A stretch of DNA of 64,000 nt from Deltaproteobacteria bacterium (lineage in GTDB: Bacteria; Myxococcota; Myxococcia; SLRQ01), in NCBI GenBank assembly GCA_007130885.1, contig SLRQ01000020.1, positions 20,236 through 84,235 of the forward strand, given 5' to 3'. The notes beneath the pieces are model-generated. The model saw nothing but the letters and a program-made list of their open reading frames with translations. It was not told the DNA's origin and ran no database searches. Position numbers and translations under genes: made by a program. Shown piece by piece: positions 45,839-55,272 of the stretch (position 1 is its first letter; each line of letters starts with the position of its first letter).

Positions 45839-47233
45839 CTAGACTCTTTTCATACCGGTCAACGATACCTGGGTTCCCTTCGCCGGTTCGGAGTCTATGT
45901 GAAGCTTCCATCCGTGGCCCGACGCAATGCGCTCCACGATAGCCAGACCAAGACCACTGCCTTCGTCGGTTGTCGAGAAGTACGGTTCTGTGACTCGAGG
46001 CAGATCCCGTGGGTCGATGCCTTGCCCGTCATCGGTAACCCGGATTTCGGCGGTGCCGTTAGCTGCTGCTTTCGCTTCGAAGCGAACAGTGCCGCCGGGT
46101 TCAATGGCTCGTAGAGCGTTTATGCCGATATTGAACAGACAGCGGCGGAGCATGTCATGATCGGCCATGATCGAAAGTCTCTCTTCACAGGCGACGTTTT
46201 CGATGGAGGTTTTCGGCGGTGCTTCTGTTTCCAGCAAGCGGGTAACGCCCTCGAGAAGGGGCTTCAGTGGCACCGATTCTTGATCCGGCTCGACTGGTCG
46301 CGCCAGCTTGAGAAATGAGTTGATGCGACCCACTGCACGATCGAGCTCGTCAATGGCCTCCTTGGCGGTGCCGCGCAGGCTCTCGCTCGATGCGGTGTCG
46401 CTGGTGATGGATTGCATCAGTCCGCGTACGACACCAAGGGGGTTGCGGGTTTCATGGGCAAGACCCGCGCCCAGTTGAGCGACCCTTTCTTGCTGGGCGG
46501 CGCGCTCCCTTGCGCGGAAAAGCTGGGTCTCCAGGCTTCGCCGGCGCGCCGAGAGGCTGAGAGCCACTCCACCAAGTAGCAAGAGAACCGCCAGTCCCAT
46601 GAGTGACGAGCCCAGTCGGGCTTTTGCGGCGCCTATACGCTCGTCGAGATCGCCGGTGTCCATTATTACGGCGACATCGTAGGACTCGCCGGGAAACTCG
46701 GACCATTGTGACCGGGTAGTCCTCTGGCCTCGTCCTGGTCCCCTGGCGCCGCCTCTCGGGTCCACGCGTCCATGGAAGCCCGCTCGGCCGTCTTTCGGCA
46801 TCCATGCCGACTCGACGGTTGCCTCGGCCCAGTACGGTGGATCTTCAAGGAGGCCGATATCGCCCGCGGCCAAAAACGGTACTTCGTTTTGGTCCATGAG
46901 AGCTATCGCAAGCGCCGGTGACGTCTCGATTAGCTGCTCCAGATAGCTCTCCAAACGTTCTTCGCGATACTGCGCTCCGGGCCGTACGTGGATGTTGATT
47001 CCTGCTTCGACGGCGCCAATGACCGTTGAAGCTTCTCTTGCGATCGCGGCTCTCTCCAAAGAGACCGTTCTACCGTATTGGCCAAGCAGAGCGACGATCG
47101 TCACCCCCAGCAAAACAGCGAGTACGGCGGCTCCCGCCGCGCGGGGGAGCCCCTGCCTGAAGGTAATGAACCGGGACGGTGAGGCTTTGCCCACCGCCCC
47201 GGTATCGGTCGCATTCTTGGGAGCGGATTTCAT
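45839..47233 (-). CDS. Membrane sensor histidine kinase
   Basis: Two TMs flanking a periplasmic domain, LAHETRNPL, NALRA, DDGQG, GSGLGL. Confidence 0.92.
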   Translation of the reverse strand: MKSAPKNATDTGAVGKASPSRFITFRQGLPRAAGAAVLAVLLGVTIVALLGQYGRTVSLERAAIAREASTVIGAVEAGINIHVRPGAQYREERLESYLEQLIETSPALAIALMDQNEVPFLAAGDIGLLEDPPYWAEATVESAWMPKDGRAGFHGRVDPRGGARGPGRGQRTTRSQWSEFPGESYDVAVIMDTGDLDERIGAAKARLGSSLMGLAVLLLLGGVALSLSARRRSLETQLFRARERAAQQERVAQLGAGLAHETRNPLGVVRGLMQSITSDTASSESLRGTAKEAIDELDRAVGRINSFLKLARPVEPDQESVPLKPLLEGVTRLLETEAPPKTSIENVACEERLSIMADHDMLRRCLFNIGINALRAIEPGGTVRFEAKAAANGTAEIRVTDDGQGIDPRDLPRVTEPYFSTTDEGSGLGLAIVERIASGHGWKLHIDSEPAKGTQVSLTGMKRV

Positions 47234-47256
47234 ATCGAGTAGTTCAACCCACAGCG

Positions 47257-47775
47257 TTACTCATTACATCCTGGACCGCTACTGTCCTCGGGGCCGGTGC
47301 GATTGCCTCGGCCGGGACCACGGCCGGATCCATCACGGGGACCTTGACCGTGACCTTGGCCGTCTCTAGCGGCTTCACCCCTGCCGGTGCCGTCCCCTGG
47401 GCCCTGGCCCTGGCCCGCGCCGTCTCGCGCGCCCTTGCCGCGTCGCGGCCTATCGCACTCGCAGTCCTCGGGGTCGGCGTCACATTCACACCACCACGGC
47501 CGCCCCTCGGCTCTTGCGCCTCGACCGGTACCGTCTCTGGGGCCTTGTGCTAAATGCCGAAGCTCCTCGCCGCCGCGCCTATGGTCGCAGAAGCCGTCGC
47601 CTGTCGTGTCGACGAAGTTGTCGCACAGACCATCGCCCTTCGTGTCCACGAAATTTGGGCAGTTTTCGCTGTTTTGCCCATGGCCACCACGTTCTTGTTG
47701 GGCGAGGGCCGCGCCCGGCAGCAATAGTCCGGCCGCCAGCGCCACCATTGTGAGCTTGTAGAGTTTGTTTCGCAT
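47257..47775 (-). CDS. Secreted Cys/Gly-rich protein with FVDxxGDGxCD and GPRDGxG repeats
   Basis: Signal peptide ending ALA; NFVDTKGDGLCD/NFVDTTGDGFCD, CECD x2; RBS AAGGAGG. Confidence 0.8.
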   Translation of the reverse strand: MRNKLYKLTMVALAAGLLLPGAALAQQERGGHGQNSENCPNFVDTKGDGLCDNFVDTTGDGFCDHRRGGEELRHLAQGPRDGTGRGARAEGRPWWCECDADPEDCECDRPRRGKGARDGAGQGQGPGDGTGRGEAARDGQGHGQGPRDGSGRGPGRGNRTGPEDSSGPGCNE

Positions 47776-47889
47776 CGTCTTGTCCTCCTTTTTACCATTC
47801 TGCTCGGCGAAGCGCCTTTGCTGAACGGCCTATGTGGAATAACCGCCGAACCGACGGTCCGGAACCGTCATGCCGACAACCCAAGGCAC

Positions 47890-47905
47890 TGCAAGGCTGG
47901 GGCCA
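47890..47905 (-). promoter_or_regulatory. Sigma54 (-24/-12) promoter
   Basis: Minus strand reads TGGCCCCAGCCTTGCA: GG-N10-GC with TTGCA at -12, about 115 nt upstream of the ATG at 47775. Confidence 0.7.
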
Positions 47906-48024
47906 ACCCAAAACGGCGCTAATGTACCGATAATTGCCGGTTAGGTATGCAGCAGTGGCCGAAAGCCGTCTCCCGCCTTGCAATCTGTGCATAGCGGTCA
48001 CTTCTGCTGATATGGTCAATCCTC

Positions 48025-49281
48025 ATGGCGGTGGTCAGGATCTCTCGGAGCGGAGCCGAAAAGGACTCTCCGCGTCTCTCGTGGCCCGGCCGCCAGGCCG
48101 GCGACCTGGTGGTTGAGCCGGCCTTTCCTTCTCTAATGCAGCGATGGGGCCATAGCGACGAGGCGGGCGAGCTCATGCTTGGCGACAACTTGGGGCTTCT
48201 CGCCTCGCTCGAGCCCGGTTCTGTTCGGTTGGCCTATCTGGATCCTCCATTTTTCAGCGGACAGCGCTATTTGCACCGCACACGAGCAGGCGAGCGTTCT
48301 TTCACGGCTCCGGCTTTCGAGGATAGGTGGAAAGAGAGCTTACCCGAGTACCTATCCTTCTTGGAGGATCGCCTTCGTCTCGTTGCCAGGGCTTTGGCTT
48401 CCGACGGAAGCCTCTACGTGCATCTCGACTCGAGCGCGGTTCACTATGTCAAGGTCTTACTTGACGAGATAATGGGCAAGGGGAGGTTCTCGCGCCAGAT
48501 CATTTGGAGGATTGGCTGGGTCAGCGGCTACAAGACACGGGTCGACAATTGGGTGCGCAATCACGATGTGATTCTCTACTATGCGCGACCGGGTGCGCAT
48601 TTCGAGAAGAAGCTTCTGCCCCATCCGGAGGGGTACTCGCGGAGGAGCGGGCCTCCGGGGGAAGGTCGGCCTATTGAGGATGTTTGGACTGATCTGCCTT
48701 CCATTCAGCTAATGAGCTTCACCGCGGAGAAGACCGGCTGGAGCACTCAGAAGAGCGAGGCGCTGCTTCGAAGGATCGTGCAGGCTTCGAGTCGCCCTGC
48801 CGACTTGGTTCTCGACCCGTTTTGCGGTGCTGGGACCACAGCGGTTGCTGCTGCTTCGGAGGGTCGCCGGTTCGTGGCCATGGACAGCTCGAGCCTGGCC
48901 ATTCACCTTGCTCGATGTCGCCTTCTCGACGGAGGAGTCTCATTCACTGTAAGCGGCACCGAACCGAGGCCCGCCGGGCCGGTAGTTGCGGAGGTGGAGC
49001 AAGGTTCAGGCGGTCCTTCCGTCGCTCTTCGGGATGTGCCAGAGGCAGCCGGGCCTGTGGGGGCTGGCTGGCGTGAATGCTTGGATGCCTGGTGGCTGGT
49101 CCGTACGAGCAAGCCGGCAAGTCCCATCTGGTTCGCCCACAGGCGTCGCGCACGCAAACCGGCATTGGTGCCGGACACTTCATCGAGGCTGCGAGGGGTG
49201 AGTCACAGGGAAAGGTTGAATGTGGTGGCTGTCGATCTTGCGGGCCGGTGCCATGTAGGAGAGGCACGGCCGGTAGGGTGA
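48025..49281 (+). CDS. Beta-class N6-A/N4-C DNA methyltransferase (Mod-like), orphan
   Basis: YLDPPFFSG (motif IV) precedes DPFCGAGTT (motif I); TQKSEALL.RIV; Mod-like C-terminal extension. Confidence 0.85.
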   Translation: MAVVRISRSGAEKDSPRLSWPGRQAGDLVVEPAFPSLMQRWGHSDEAGELMLGDNLGLLASLEPGSVRLAYLDPPFFSGQRYLHRTRAGERSFTAPAFEDRWKESLPEYLSFLEDRLRLVARALASDGSLYVHLDSSAVHYVKVLLDEIMGKGRFSRQIIWRIGWVSGYKTRVDNWVRNHDVILYYARPGAHFEKKLLPHPEGYSRRSGPPGEGRPIEDVWTDLPSIQLMSFTAEKTGWSTQKSEALLRRIVQASSRPADLVLDPFCGAGTTAVAAASEGRRFVAMDSSSLAIHLARCRLLDGGVSFTVSGTEPRPAGPVVAEVEQGSGGPSVALRDVPEAAGPVGAGWRECLDAWWLVRTSKPASPIWFAHRRRARKPALVPDTSSRLRGVSHRERLNVVAVDLAGRCHVGEARPVG

Positions 49282-50270
49282 CGTCCTTCCATGGTTCTCC
49301 GCGCATGCATCGGAGCGGAACACGTCGAATGAGGTGGCGGTTTCACGATGGCGGACCAGGGAAACCTTACATGCGTGTGCTCCATCTTTCCGACTTGCAC
49401 CTGCCATTGGATGCTCCCGCGCGACCCGTATGGCATGGCGGGTGGCGATGTGCCATGGCGCAGGTCGAGATGCGACTGCTGGGCAGGGCAGCCAAGTTTC
49501 TCGATGCCCACGAGGTTTTGGCTCGGATATTGGAGGATGTGGAGAGGCTGGGAGTGGACCACGTCGTACTGTCAGGCGATCTCACGACACTGGCCCTGGA
49601 TGAGGAGTTCGCCACGGCCCGGAGGGCACTGAATCCCCTGTCGGGTGATCCGAGCCGGCTGACCATTGTTCCCGGCAACCATGATCGATACACGCCTGGA
49701 AGCTTTCGGGAACGCCGATTCGAGCGACACTTCGCGGACCATCTTCAGAGCGACCTTCCAGAGTATCAGCAGGCGGGTGGTTTTTTTCCCTTGGCACGGC
49801 TTGTGGGAGACCGACTGGCGGTGGTGGCTCTCGACTCGTCCCTGGTCCCGGTGGTTCCTGGTCTGGCTTACGGACGAGTCGGTCGAAGGCAGCTCTCGCT
49901 GTTTCGGGCCATGCTCGCGGATCTGCGGCTTCGCGACCGAGAAGTGATGGTGGCCGTACATCATGGTCCCTACGATGAAAAAGGTCTCGTCGAGTGTCGC
50001 TCGAGGGGACTTTGGGATGCAGCCGATCTGCTTTCGATTTGTAGAGAGGGAGGCGTGGGCGCCCTGCTTCATGGCCACGTTCACGGTCGTTTCTACAGGC
50101 TGTGCACGGGGTCCGGCGTCCGAATATACGGGGGAGGCTCCTCGACGCAGCAAGGGCGGGAGGGTTACTGGCTGTACCAGCTTCGCTCGACGGGGGGATT
50201 GACGGCCGAGGAGGTGGACCTATCTATTGAGGACGCCGTGCCCAGGCTTGCCGCCACTCGGGTTGCTTGA
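49278..50270 (+). CDS. Calcineurin-like metallophosphoesterase (CpdA/Icc-like)
   Basis: HLSDLH, SGDLT, PGNHD, HHGP, LHGHVH; start is GTG 49278 (overlapping the MTase stop) or ATG 49371. Confidence 0.88.
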   Translation: MTSFHGSPRMHRSGTRRMRWRFHDGGPGKPYMRVLHLSDLHLPLDAPARPVWHGGWRCAMAQVEMRLLGRAAKFLDAHEVLARILEDVERLGVDHVVLSGDLTTLALDEEFATARRALNPLSGDPSRLTIVPGNHDRYTPGSFRERRFERHFADHLQSDLPEYQQAGGFFPLARLVGDRLAVVALDSSLVPVVPGLAYGRVGRRQLSLFRAMLADLRLRDREVMVAVHHGPYDEKGLVECRSRGLWDAADLLSICREGGVGALLHGHVHGRFYRLCTGSGVRIYGGGSSTQQGREGYWLYQLRSTGGLTAEEVDLSIEDAVPRLAATRVA

Positions 50271-50364
50271 TTCTTACCGGCGGCAAGGCTCGCTGCATAC
50301 CTGGTTTTGGCCGGGGTTCAAGGCGGTGGCTGCATGGTGTATATGTAGAGATTGGCGAGGGCTC

Positions 50365-50955
50365 ATGGACGAAGGAAACAAGGAAACGGTTACCAAGAGC
50401 GAGCTGCTGGAGCGCATGCTGGGTCTTGGCAAGGTAATGATTCACCTCGACGCCAGAAAGGAAGGCGTGGATGTGCCATTGGAGTACGAAGATGACGCCG
50501 ACCTAAGGCTCAACATCTCATATCGCTTCCAGAACGCGGATCTCTACGTGGGCGAGTCGAAGCTGCGCGCAAGGCTTTCTTTCTCAGGCCACCCTCATGT
50601 TTGCACCGTCCCGCTCGATGCCATCTTTGCAATGATCAGCCATGTTTCCGGCGAGGGCTTCTTGTTTCCGGCCGACGCGCCACCAGAGGCGCTAGCCGGC
50701 CTTGCGATGCTGGTGTCTCCTCTAGCTCCCGATGAGGACGGTCAGCAGGAAAGTAAGGACAAGAGCAAGAGCGGTGCTCCTGAAGCCGGCCAGCCTTTCC
50801 TTCGAGCCATAGAGGGAGGGGCGGGACGCGATTGTCTGGACAACACCGAATGCGGCGAGCAAGCGGATTGCGATCTCGGCGAGACGGACGAAAAACCGAG
50901 CAATTGCGCGGATGTCGCGCCGAGACGGAGGGGGCACCTTCGTATCATCAAGTAA
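50365..50955 (+). CDS. sspB: SspB-family ClpXP adaptor
   Basis: MIHLDAR..GV.VP, LRLNISY, LSF.G....C.VP.DAIFA; acidic linker; C-terminal GHLRIIK resembling the ClpX-binding tail. Confidence 0.82.
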   Translation: MDEGNKETVTKSELLERMLGLGKVMIHLDARKEGVDVPLEYEDDADLRLNISYRFQNADLYVGESKLRARLSFSGHPHVCTVPLDAIFAMISHVSGEGFLFPADAPPEALAGLAMLVSPLAPDEDGQQESKDKSKSGAPEAGQPFLRAIEGGAGRDCLDNTECGEQADCDLGETDEKPSNCADVAPRRRGHLRIIK

Positions 50956-51003
50956 GAAAAGCCCCCCTCGATACTTTTCACCTCGAAGCTGGCTTGAGGG
51001 ACC

Positions 51004-51993
51004 ATGAAGCTTGCTATTTTGTTCCACGATAACTGCTTCGACGGCTTGGCTTCCGCGGGTCTTTTTCACGCTTTCGCGGCGCGCCATTTGGGAAGGGATT
51101 TGAGGTTCGTCTTCGGTGGGCTCGCTCACTCACCTCCCGGTGACGGCGGTAACTCCTCGAGCACCGGTGCTCTTGGACCGGCACGACTCATTGGAGACGT
51201 GAACGCCGTGGTGGACTTCCGATACATCGCCGATGAGCGATTGCACTGGTGGTTCGATCATCATAAGAGCGCCTTTGCCACGGAGGAGGATCGCCGCCAC
51301 TTTGAGCAAGATGTCAGCGGAAAGAAGTACTTCGATCCTTCCGCGCCTTCCTGCGCCGGTTTTCTAGCGGCGGCTCTGGCTCGTGACCACGGATTCGAGC
51401 ACGCCGAGTTCCAAGAGCTCATACGCTGGGCCGATATCATCGACTCCGCGCGTTTTTCGAGCCCCCGCATGGCGGTCGAGCTGAAAGAGCCCGCTCTGCG
51501 CTTGATGACCTGGATTGAGAACAGCACGAGCTTCGATGAGCGAACCGAGGTCATTCTACGACTTACCAGGGAGCCGCTGGGAGAGCTGGTGAAAGCTCCT
51601 TTCATCAGCAAAGGGTTGGAGCCTTTGTTGGAGCGCCACTGGCGGACGGTCGAGGCAGTGAAGAAGCGGCACCGGCTCGAAGGAGCGGTGGTCTGGTGCG
51701 ATATGACGGACGAGCCTTTGCTGGGGATGAATAAGTTTACACCTTACCATTTGCAGCCTAATGCTAAGTACGCGGTCATCGTTACGCGCTCGGATAGCAG
51801 GTCCAAGGTTAGCGTGGGCTATAACCCTTGGGCTCCCGCGGAAGAACGGGAACACGACATAGCATCGCTCTGTGAACGCTACGGCGGCGGAGGGCACGCC
51901 GTGGTCGGGGCCATAAGTCTTGCTAGAGATCAGGCGGGGCGCGCGGTGGCAATCGGCCGGGAGATAGTCGAGACGCTCAATCGAGAGCGGTGA
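51004..51993 (+). CDS. DHH/DHHA1 phosphoesterase (second paralogue, NrnB-like)
   Basis: FHDNCFDG, VVDF, WWFDHH, GGGGHAVVG. Confidence 0.85.
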   Translation: MKLAILFHDNCFDGLASAGLFHAFAARHLGRDLRFVFGGLAHSPPGDGGNSSSTGALGPARLIGDVNAVVDFRYIADERLHWWFDHHKSAFATEEDRRHFEQDVSGKKYFDPSAPSCAGFLAAALARDHGFEHAEFQELIRWADIIDSARFSSPRMAVELKEPALRLMTWIENSTSFDERTEVILRLTREPLGELVKAPFISKGLEPLLERHWRTVEAVKKRHRLEGAVVWCDMTDEPLLGMNKFTPYHLQPNAKYAVIVTRSDSRSKVSVGYNPWAPAEEREHDIASLCERYGGGGHAVVGAISLARDQAGRAVAIGREIVETLNRER

Positions 51994-52654
51994 AGCAGTC
52001 CATGAGCAACCGCTCGAATGACATGTCAATGTTACGGGCTGCCGGATTGACCAGCCCCGCGTCGAAGCAGTAGTGGCCTTCCATTGTACGAAGGAGCTGG
52101 AGGAGAGCGCCTTTCCCTTCTTGCCCCCTACAGCGCGATCCTGTGATCTCCCCTCCCGAAAAGGTGATGGTCCCCGGTGTGCCTGAAAGGCTCAATGTCC
52201 CCGTGACCCGACGCTGGTGAAGGAACTGAAGCATCGCGAACAGGGCGTCTTGCTCGAAGTGACCGGAAAGTCCTCCTTCGGCCTGGGTTCTCTCGGCCAG
52301 GGTTTTTCTTGTAACGTCCAGCAGGTCTTCTTCGTCTTGTGATCTCGAGAGAATTGCGTCGGCGCCCACCGCCGAAGCGGTGGTGCGATCATCATCGTTT
52401 ACCGTTGCCTTTAGGAGAATAACTCCTGATGCGGCTGCCGGTAGCTCCTCCCTGATAGAGAGTGTCAACTTGAATCCATCCAGGCCGGGTAAGGCAACGT
52501 CGGCGATGACTAGTGCCGGTCGGGACTGCAGCGCTGCTTCCTCACAGGACGGTCCGTCGGCGGCAAGGAGGGTGCGATGCCCCTCCTTGCGAAGAAGAGC
52601 GCGGCGAGCCTTCATACGCTCTGGGTCGATATCGGCGATCAGCACCACGGCCAT
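51977..52654 (-). CDS. Response regulator, REC + DUF4388 (PATAN-like) domain
   Basis: VIADVALPGLDG; C-terminal LSGHF....LFAMLQFL...R.TGTL...G.I.FSGGEI. Confidence 0.8.
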   Translation of the reverse strand: MAVVLIADIDPERMKARRALLRKEGHRTLLAADGPSCEEAALQSRPALVIADVALPGLDGFKLTLSIREELPAAASGVILLKATVNDDDRTTASAVGADAILSRSQDEEDLLDVTRKTLAERTQAEGGLSGHFEQDALFAMLQFLHQRRVTGTLSLSGTPGTITFSGGEITGSRCRGQEGKGALLQLLRTMEGHYCFDAGLVNPAARNIDMSFERLLMDCFTALD

Positions 52655-52771
52655 GATAACGGGTAACGTATCACCGCCTGGGGACCAGTACCAAGACTCG
52701 TGTTCCAAGCGTGCCTTGGTGTGGTATCTAACCGGCTGTTAGGATTCGCCGTATCGCTTCGAACGAGAACT

Positions 52772-53620
52772 ATGTCACTTCCACTTGAAAAACGAACACC
52801 GAGAAGCCTGGAGCAGCTAGAGCACCATCTCCTCATGGATTTCGGCCGGTGCTGCAGGGACTACGGGCTGGTGCAGCATAAAGACAAAGTGATGGTGGGG
52901 CTCTCCGGCGGCAAGGACAGCTTCACCCTGCTCCATTTGATGCGCCGGATGCAGCGTCGTACTCCCTTCAGTTTCGAGATTGTGGCCGTCACTGTCGATC
53001 AGGGCCAGCCAGGCTTCTCGAGCGAACCGATCGAAGCATACATGAGCGGGGAGGATGTGCCTTTCCATCTCGTGGAGCAGGATACTTTTTCCGTGGTCAA
53101 GGAAAAAATCTCGCCCGGGAAGACGCTTTGTCCGCTGTGCGCCCGGCTTCGTCGCGGTATTCTATACAGAGTTGCACGAGAGATTGGGGCTACCAAGATC
53201 GCTCTTGGACATCACCGTGACGACATAATCGAAACATTTCTGTTGAACGTGCTCTACTCCGGACAAACCAAGGCCATGCCGCCTCGTCTCGTAAGCGATG
53301 ATGGGCGGCATGTCGTAATAAGACCTCTCGCTTACGTATCCGAAGCGGATATCGCCAGGTTTGCAAAGCTGAAGGGATTTCCTTCCACGACTTGTACCGA
53401 TTGCGGTGGGAATGCTGATTTCCACAGGGAAAAGGTCAAGCGGCTCATCGATGAGCTCAACAGCGAGAACCCCAAGGTTAAGGGCAACTTAATGGCCGCC
53501 CTGGCCAATGTGGTGCCATCGCACCTCATGGACCGAGATCTTTTGACCAAGATCGGCAAGCCGGTCCCAGCCATAACCGGCGGACGCACCCCGCGCTGTT
53601 ACGATTTGGAGGCAACTTGA
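52772..53620 (+). CDS. ttcA: tRNA 2-thiocytidine(32) synthetase
   Basis: SGGKDS PP-loop, CPLCARLRRG, GHHRDD, IRPL, CTDCG. Confidence 0.93.
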   Translation: MSLPLEKRTPRSLEQLEHHLLMDFGRCCRDYGLVQHKDKVMVGLSGGKDSFTLLHLMRRMQRRTPFSFEIVAVTVDQGQPGFSSEPIEAYMSGEDVPFHLVEQDTFSVVKEKISPGKTLCPLCARLRRGILYRVAREIGATKIALGHHRDDIIETFLLNVLYSGQTKAMPPRLVSDDGRHVVIRPLAYVSEADIARFAKLKGFPSTTCTDCGGNADFHREKVKRLIDELNSENPKVKGNLMAALANVVPSHLMDRDLLTKIGKPVPAITGGRTPRCYDLEAT

Positions 53621-55263
53621 CCAAGCACGGAGCCGTAAGAGAGCCTCAGTCGACCACCGCGGAGGAGGGGTTGCACGAGGAAGCCGGCACCAGGCCGAAG
53701 GCTCTGGTCGTGGATGACGACGCCCTCATAAGGACCATGATGGCCGATGGGTTGGGGGATCTTTTTCAAGTTGTTACGGCCATGGACGCGGAAAGCGCCG
53801 GACCCTTACTCGATGGGACCGGCTTTGATCTCATAGTGGCGGATCAGATGCTTCCGGACGCCTTGGGGGTGGACCTTTTGGAGGCTAGTCTGCAAACACA
53901 CCCCAGCGCGGTTCGGGTACTCATTACAGCCTCGCGGGACATACAGACGGCCATGGAAGCCGTCAACAGAGCCCATGTCGATCGCTTCTTCGCCAAGCCG
54001 GTGCCTATCGAGGACTTGAAGCATCAGGCCGCCGAGTGCGTGCGATCCCGTCGCGCGGATCGGGATGTTCGGGCGCGAATCGGGAGGCTTCGCCGGATTG
54101 AATCAAGGGTCTTGCCCATACGCGCTCGCGTGCTGGTCGTTGACGATGACGAAACCATCGTCACTTTGTTTCAGGATGTCCTGGAGGAGGCAGGCTACGA
54201 CGTCATCAGTGAAATGACCGGCAAGGGCGCTCTCGACCAGCTCGGTTCAAGCGAGTTCAATCTGCTGGTGGTCGATAAGAACCTTCCGGACATATCCGGT
54301 ATGGACGTTCTGAAGATCGCGCGGAAGGTGCAACCCGACATCGAGGCGGTTGTAGTGACAGGCTATGCTTCCACCGACAGCGCGATTCAGGCCGTGGAGT
54401 CCGGTGCGTATGACTATCTGCGCAAGCCTCTCGATGATCTGGACATACTGCCGCGCACAGCGCGACGGGCCATAGAGCGGCAAGCCCTTGCTCGGGAAAG
54501 GCAGAGGCTGCTTTGTGAGCTGCTCAATGCGAACGACGCGCTGACGGAGACAAACCGTGAGCTGCGCGAAGCTCAAAGCTCGCTTCAGAAGAAGATGGAG
54601 GAGATAGTCCTATTCCAGGACGCCGCGGTAATAGGTTTGGCAAGGCTTGCCGAATATCGTGATGTTACTACCGGGCATCACCTCGAGAGGATGCGTGGCT
54701 ACGCGCGGGTCATTGCAAGCGAGCTGGTTGGTACGCCCGGGTTCGAGATCCTGGATAAGGCCTTCGTGGAAGCAATCTATAAAACCGCACCTCTGCACGA
54801 CATTGGGAAAGTGGCCGTTCCGGATAGAATCCTCTTGAAGCCCGGTGGGCTCAACGCGGAGGAGTGGCGGATAATGAGAAGCCACCCCGTGGTGGGAGGT
54901 CGTACTCTCGAGGATGCCGCCTCGACGGCGGGAACGGACCAGCCGTCCGGCCTTCTCCTGGTTGGAAGGAACATCGCTCATTTCCACCATGAGCGATGGG
55001 ATGGAGGAGGCTACCCAAGCGGGATGAAAGGTGATGAGATCCCCGTGGAGGCCAGAATAGTCACTGTCGCCGATGCCTATGATGCGATTACCAGCCGGCG
55101 TTGTTACAAGCCGTCGGTTCCTCATAGTAGAGCCAGGGAGATTCTCGTTCATGAGAAGGGCAGGCACTTCGACCCGAGGGTGGTGGATGCTTTCATCAGG
55201 CGAGAAAGCGAAATACTCGAGCTGAAGGCACGCTACGCAGGCGACGAGGTGGACATGACTTGA
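53617..55263 (+). CDS. Tandem-REC HD-GYP phosphodiesterase (RpfG-like)
   Basis: Two receivers with an intact Asp (ADQMLP, VDKNLP), coiled coil, EYRD.TTG.H, LHDIGK, HHERWDGGGYP, VADAYDA; TTGA overlap with ttcA. Confidence 0.9.
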   Translation: MTKHGAVREPQSTTAEEGLHEEAGTRPKALVVDDDALIRTMMADGLGDLFQVVTAMDAESAGPLLDGTGFDLIVADQMLPDALGVDLLEASLQTHPSAVRVLITASRDIQTAMEAVNRAHVDRFFAKPVPIEDLKHQAAECVRSRRADRDVRARIGRLRRIESRVLPIRARVLVVDDDETIVTLFQDVLEEAGYDVISEMTGKGALDQLGSSEFNLLVVDKNLPDISGMDVLKIARKVQPDIEAVVVTGYASTDSAIQAVESGAYDYLRKPLDDLDILPRTARRAIERQALARERQRLLCELLNANDALTETNRELREAQSSLQKKMEEIVLFQDAAVIGLARLAEYRDVTTGHHLERMRGYARVIASELVGTPGFEILDKAFVEAIYKTAPLHDIGKVAVPDRILLKPGGLNAEEWRIMRSHPVVGGRTLEDAASTAGTDQPSGLLLVGRNIAHFHHERWDGGGYPSGMKGDEIPVEARIVTVADAYDAITSRRCYKPSVPHSRAREILVHEKGRHFDPRVVDAFIRRESEILELKARYAGDEVDMT

Positions 55264-55272
55264 GCTTCCGGC

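Noticed and set aside
7640-50364. Long N-terminal extensions in the ORF track (starts at 7640, 11065, 24743, 36842, 36957, 41964, 49077, 50227)
   Set aside because: They overlap neighbouring genes or promoters; downstream starts with an RBS or stop/start overlap match the family N-termini
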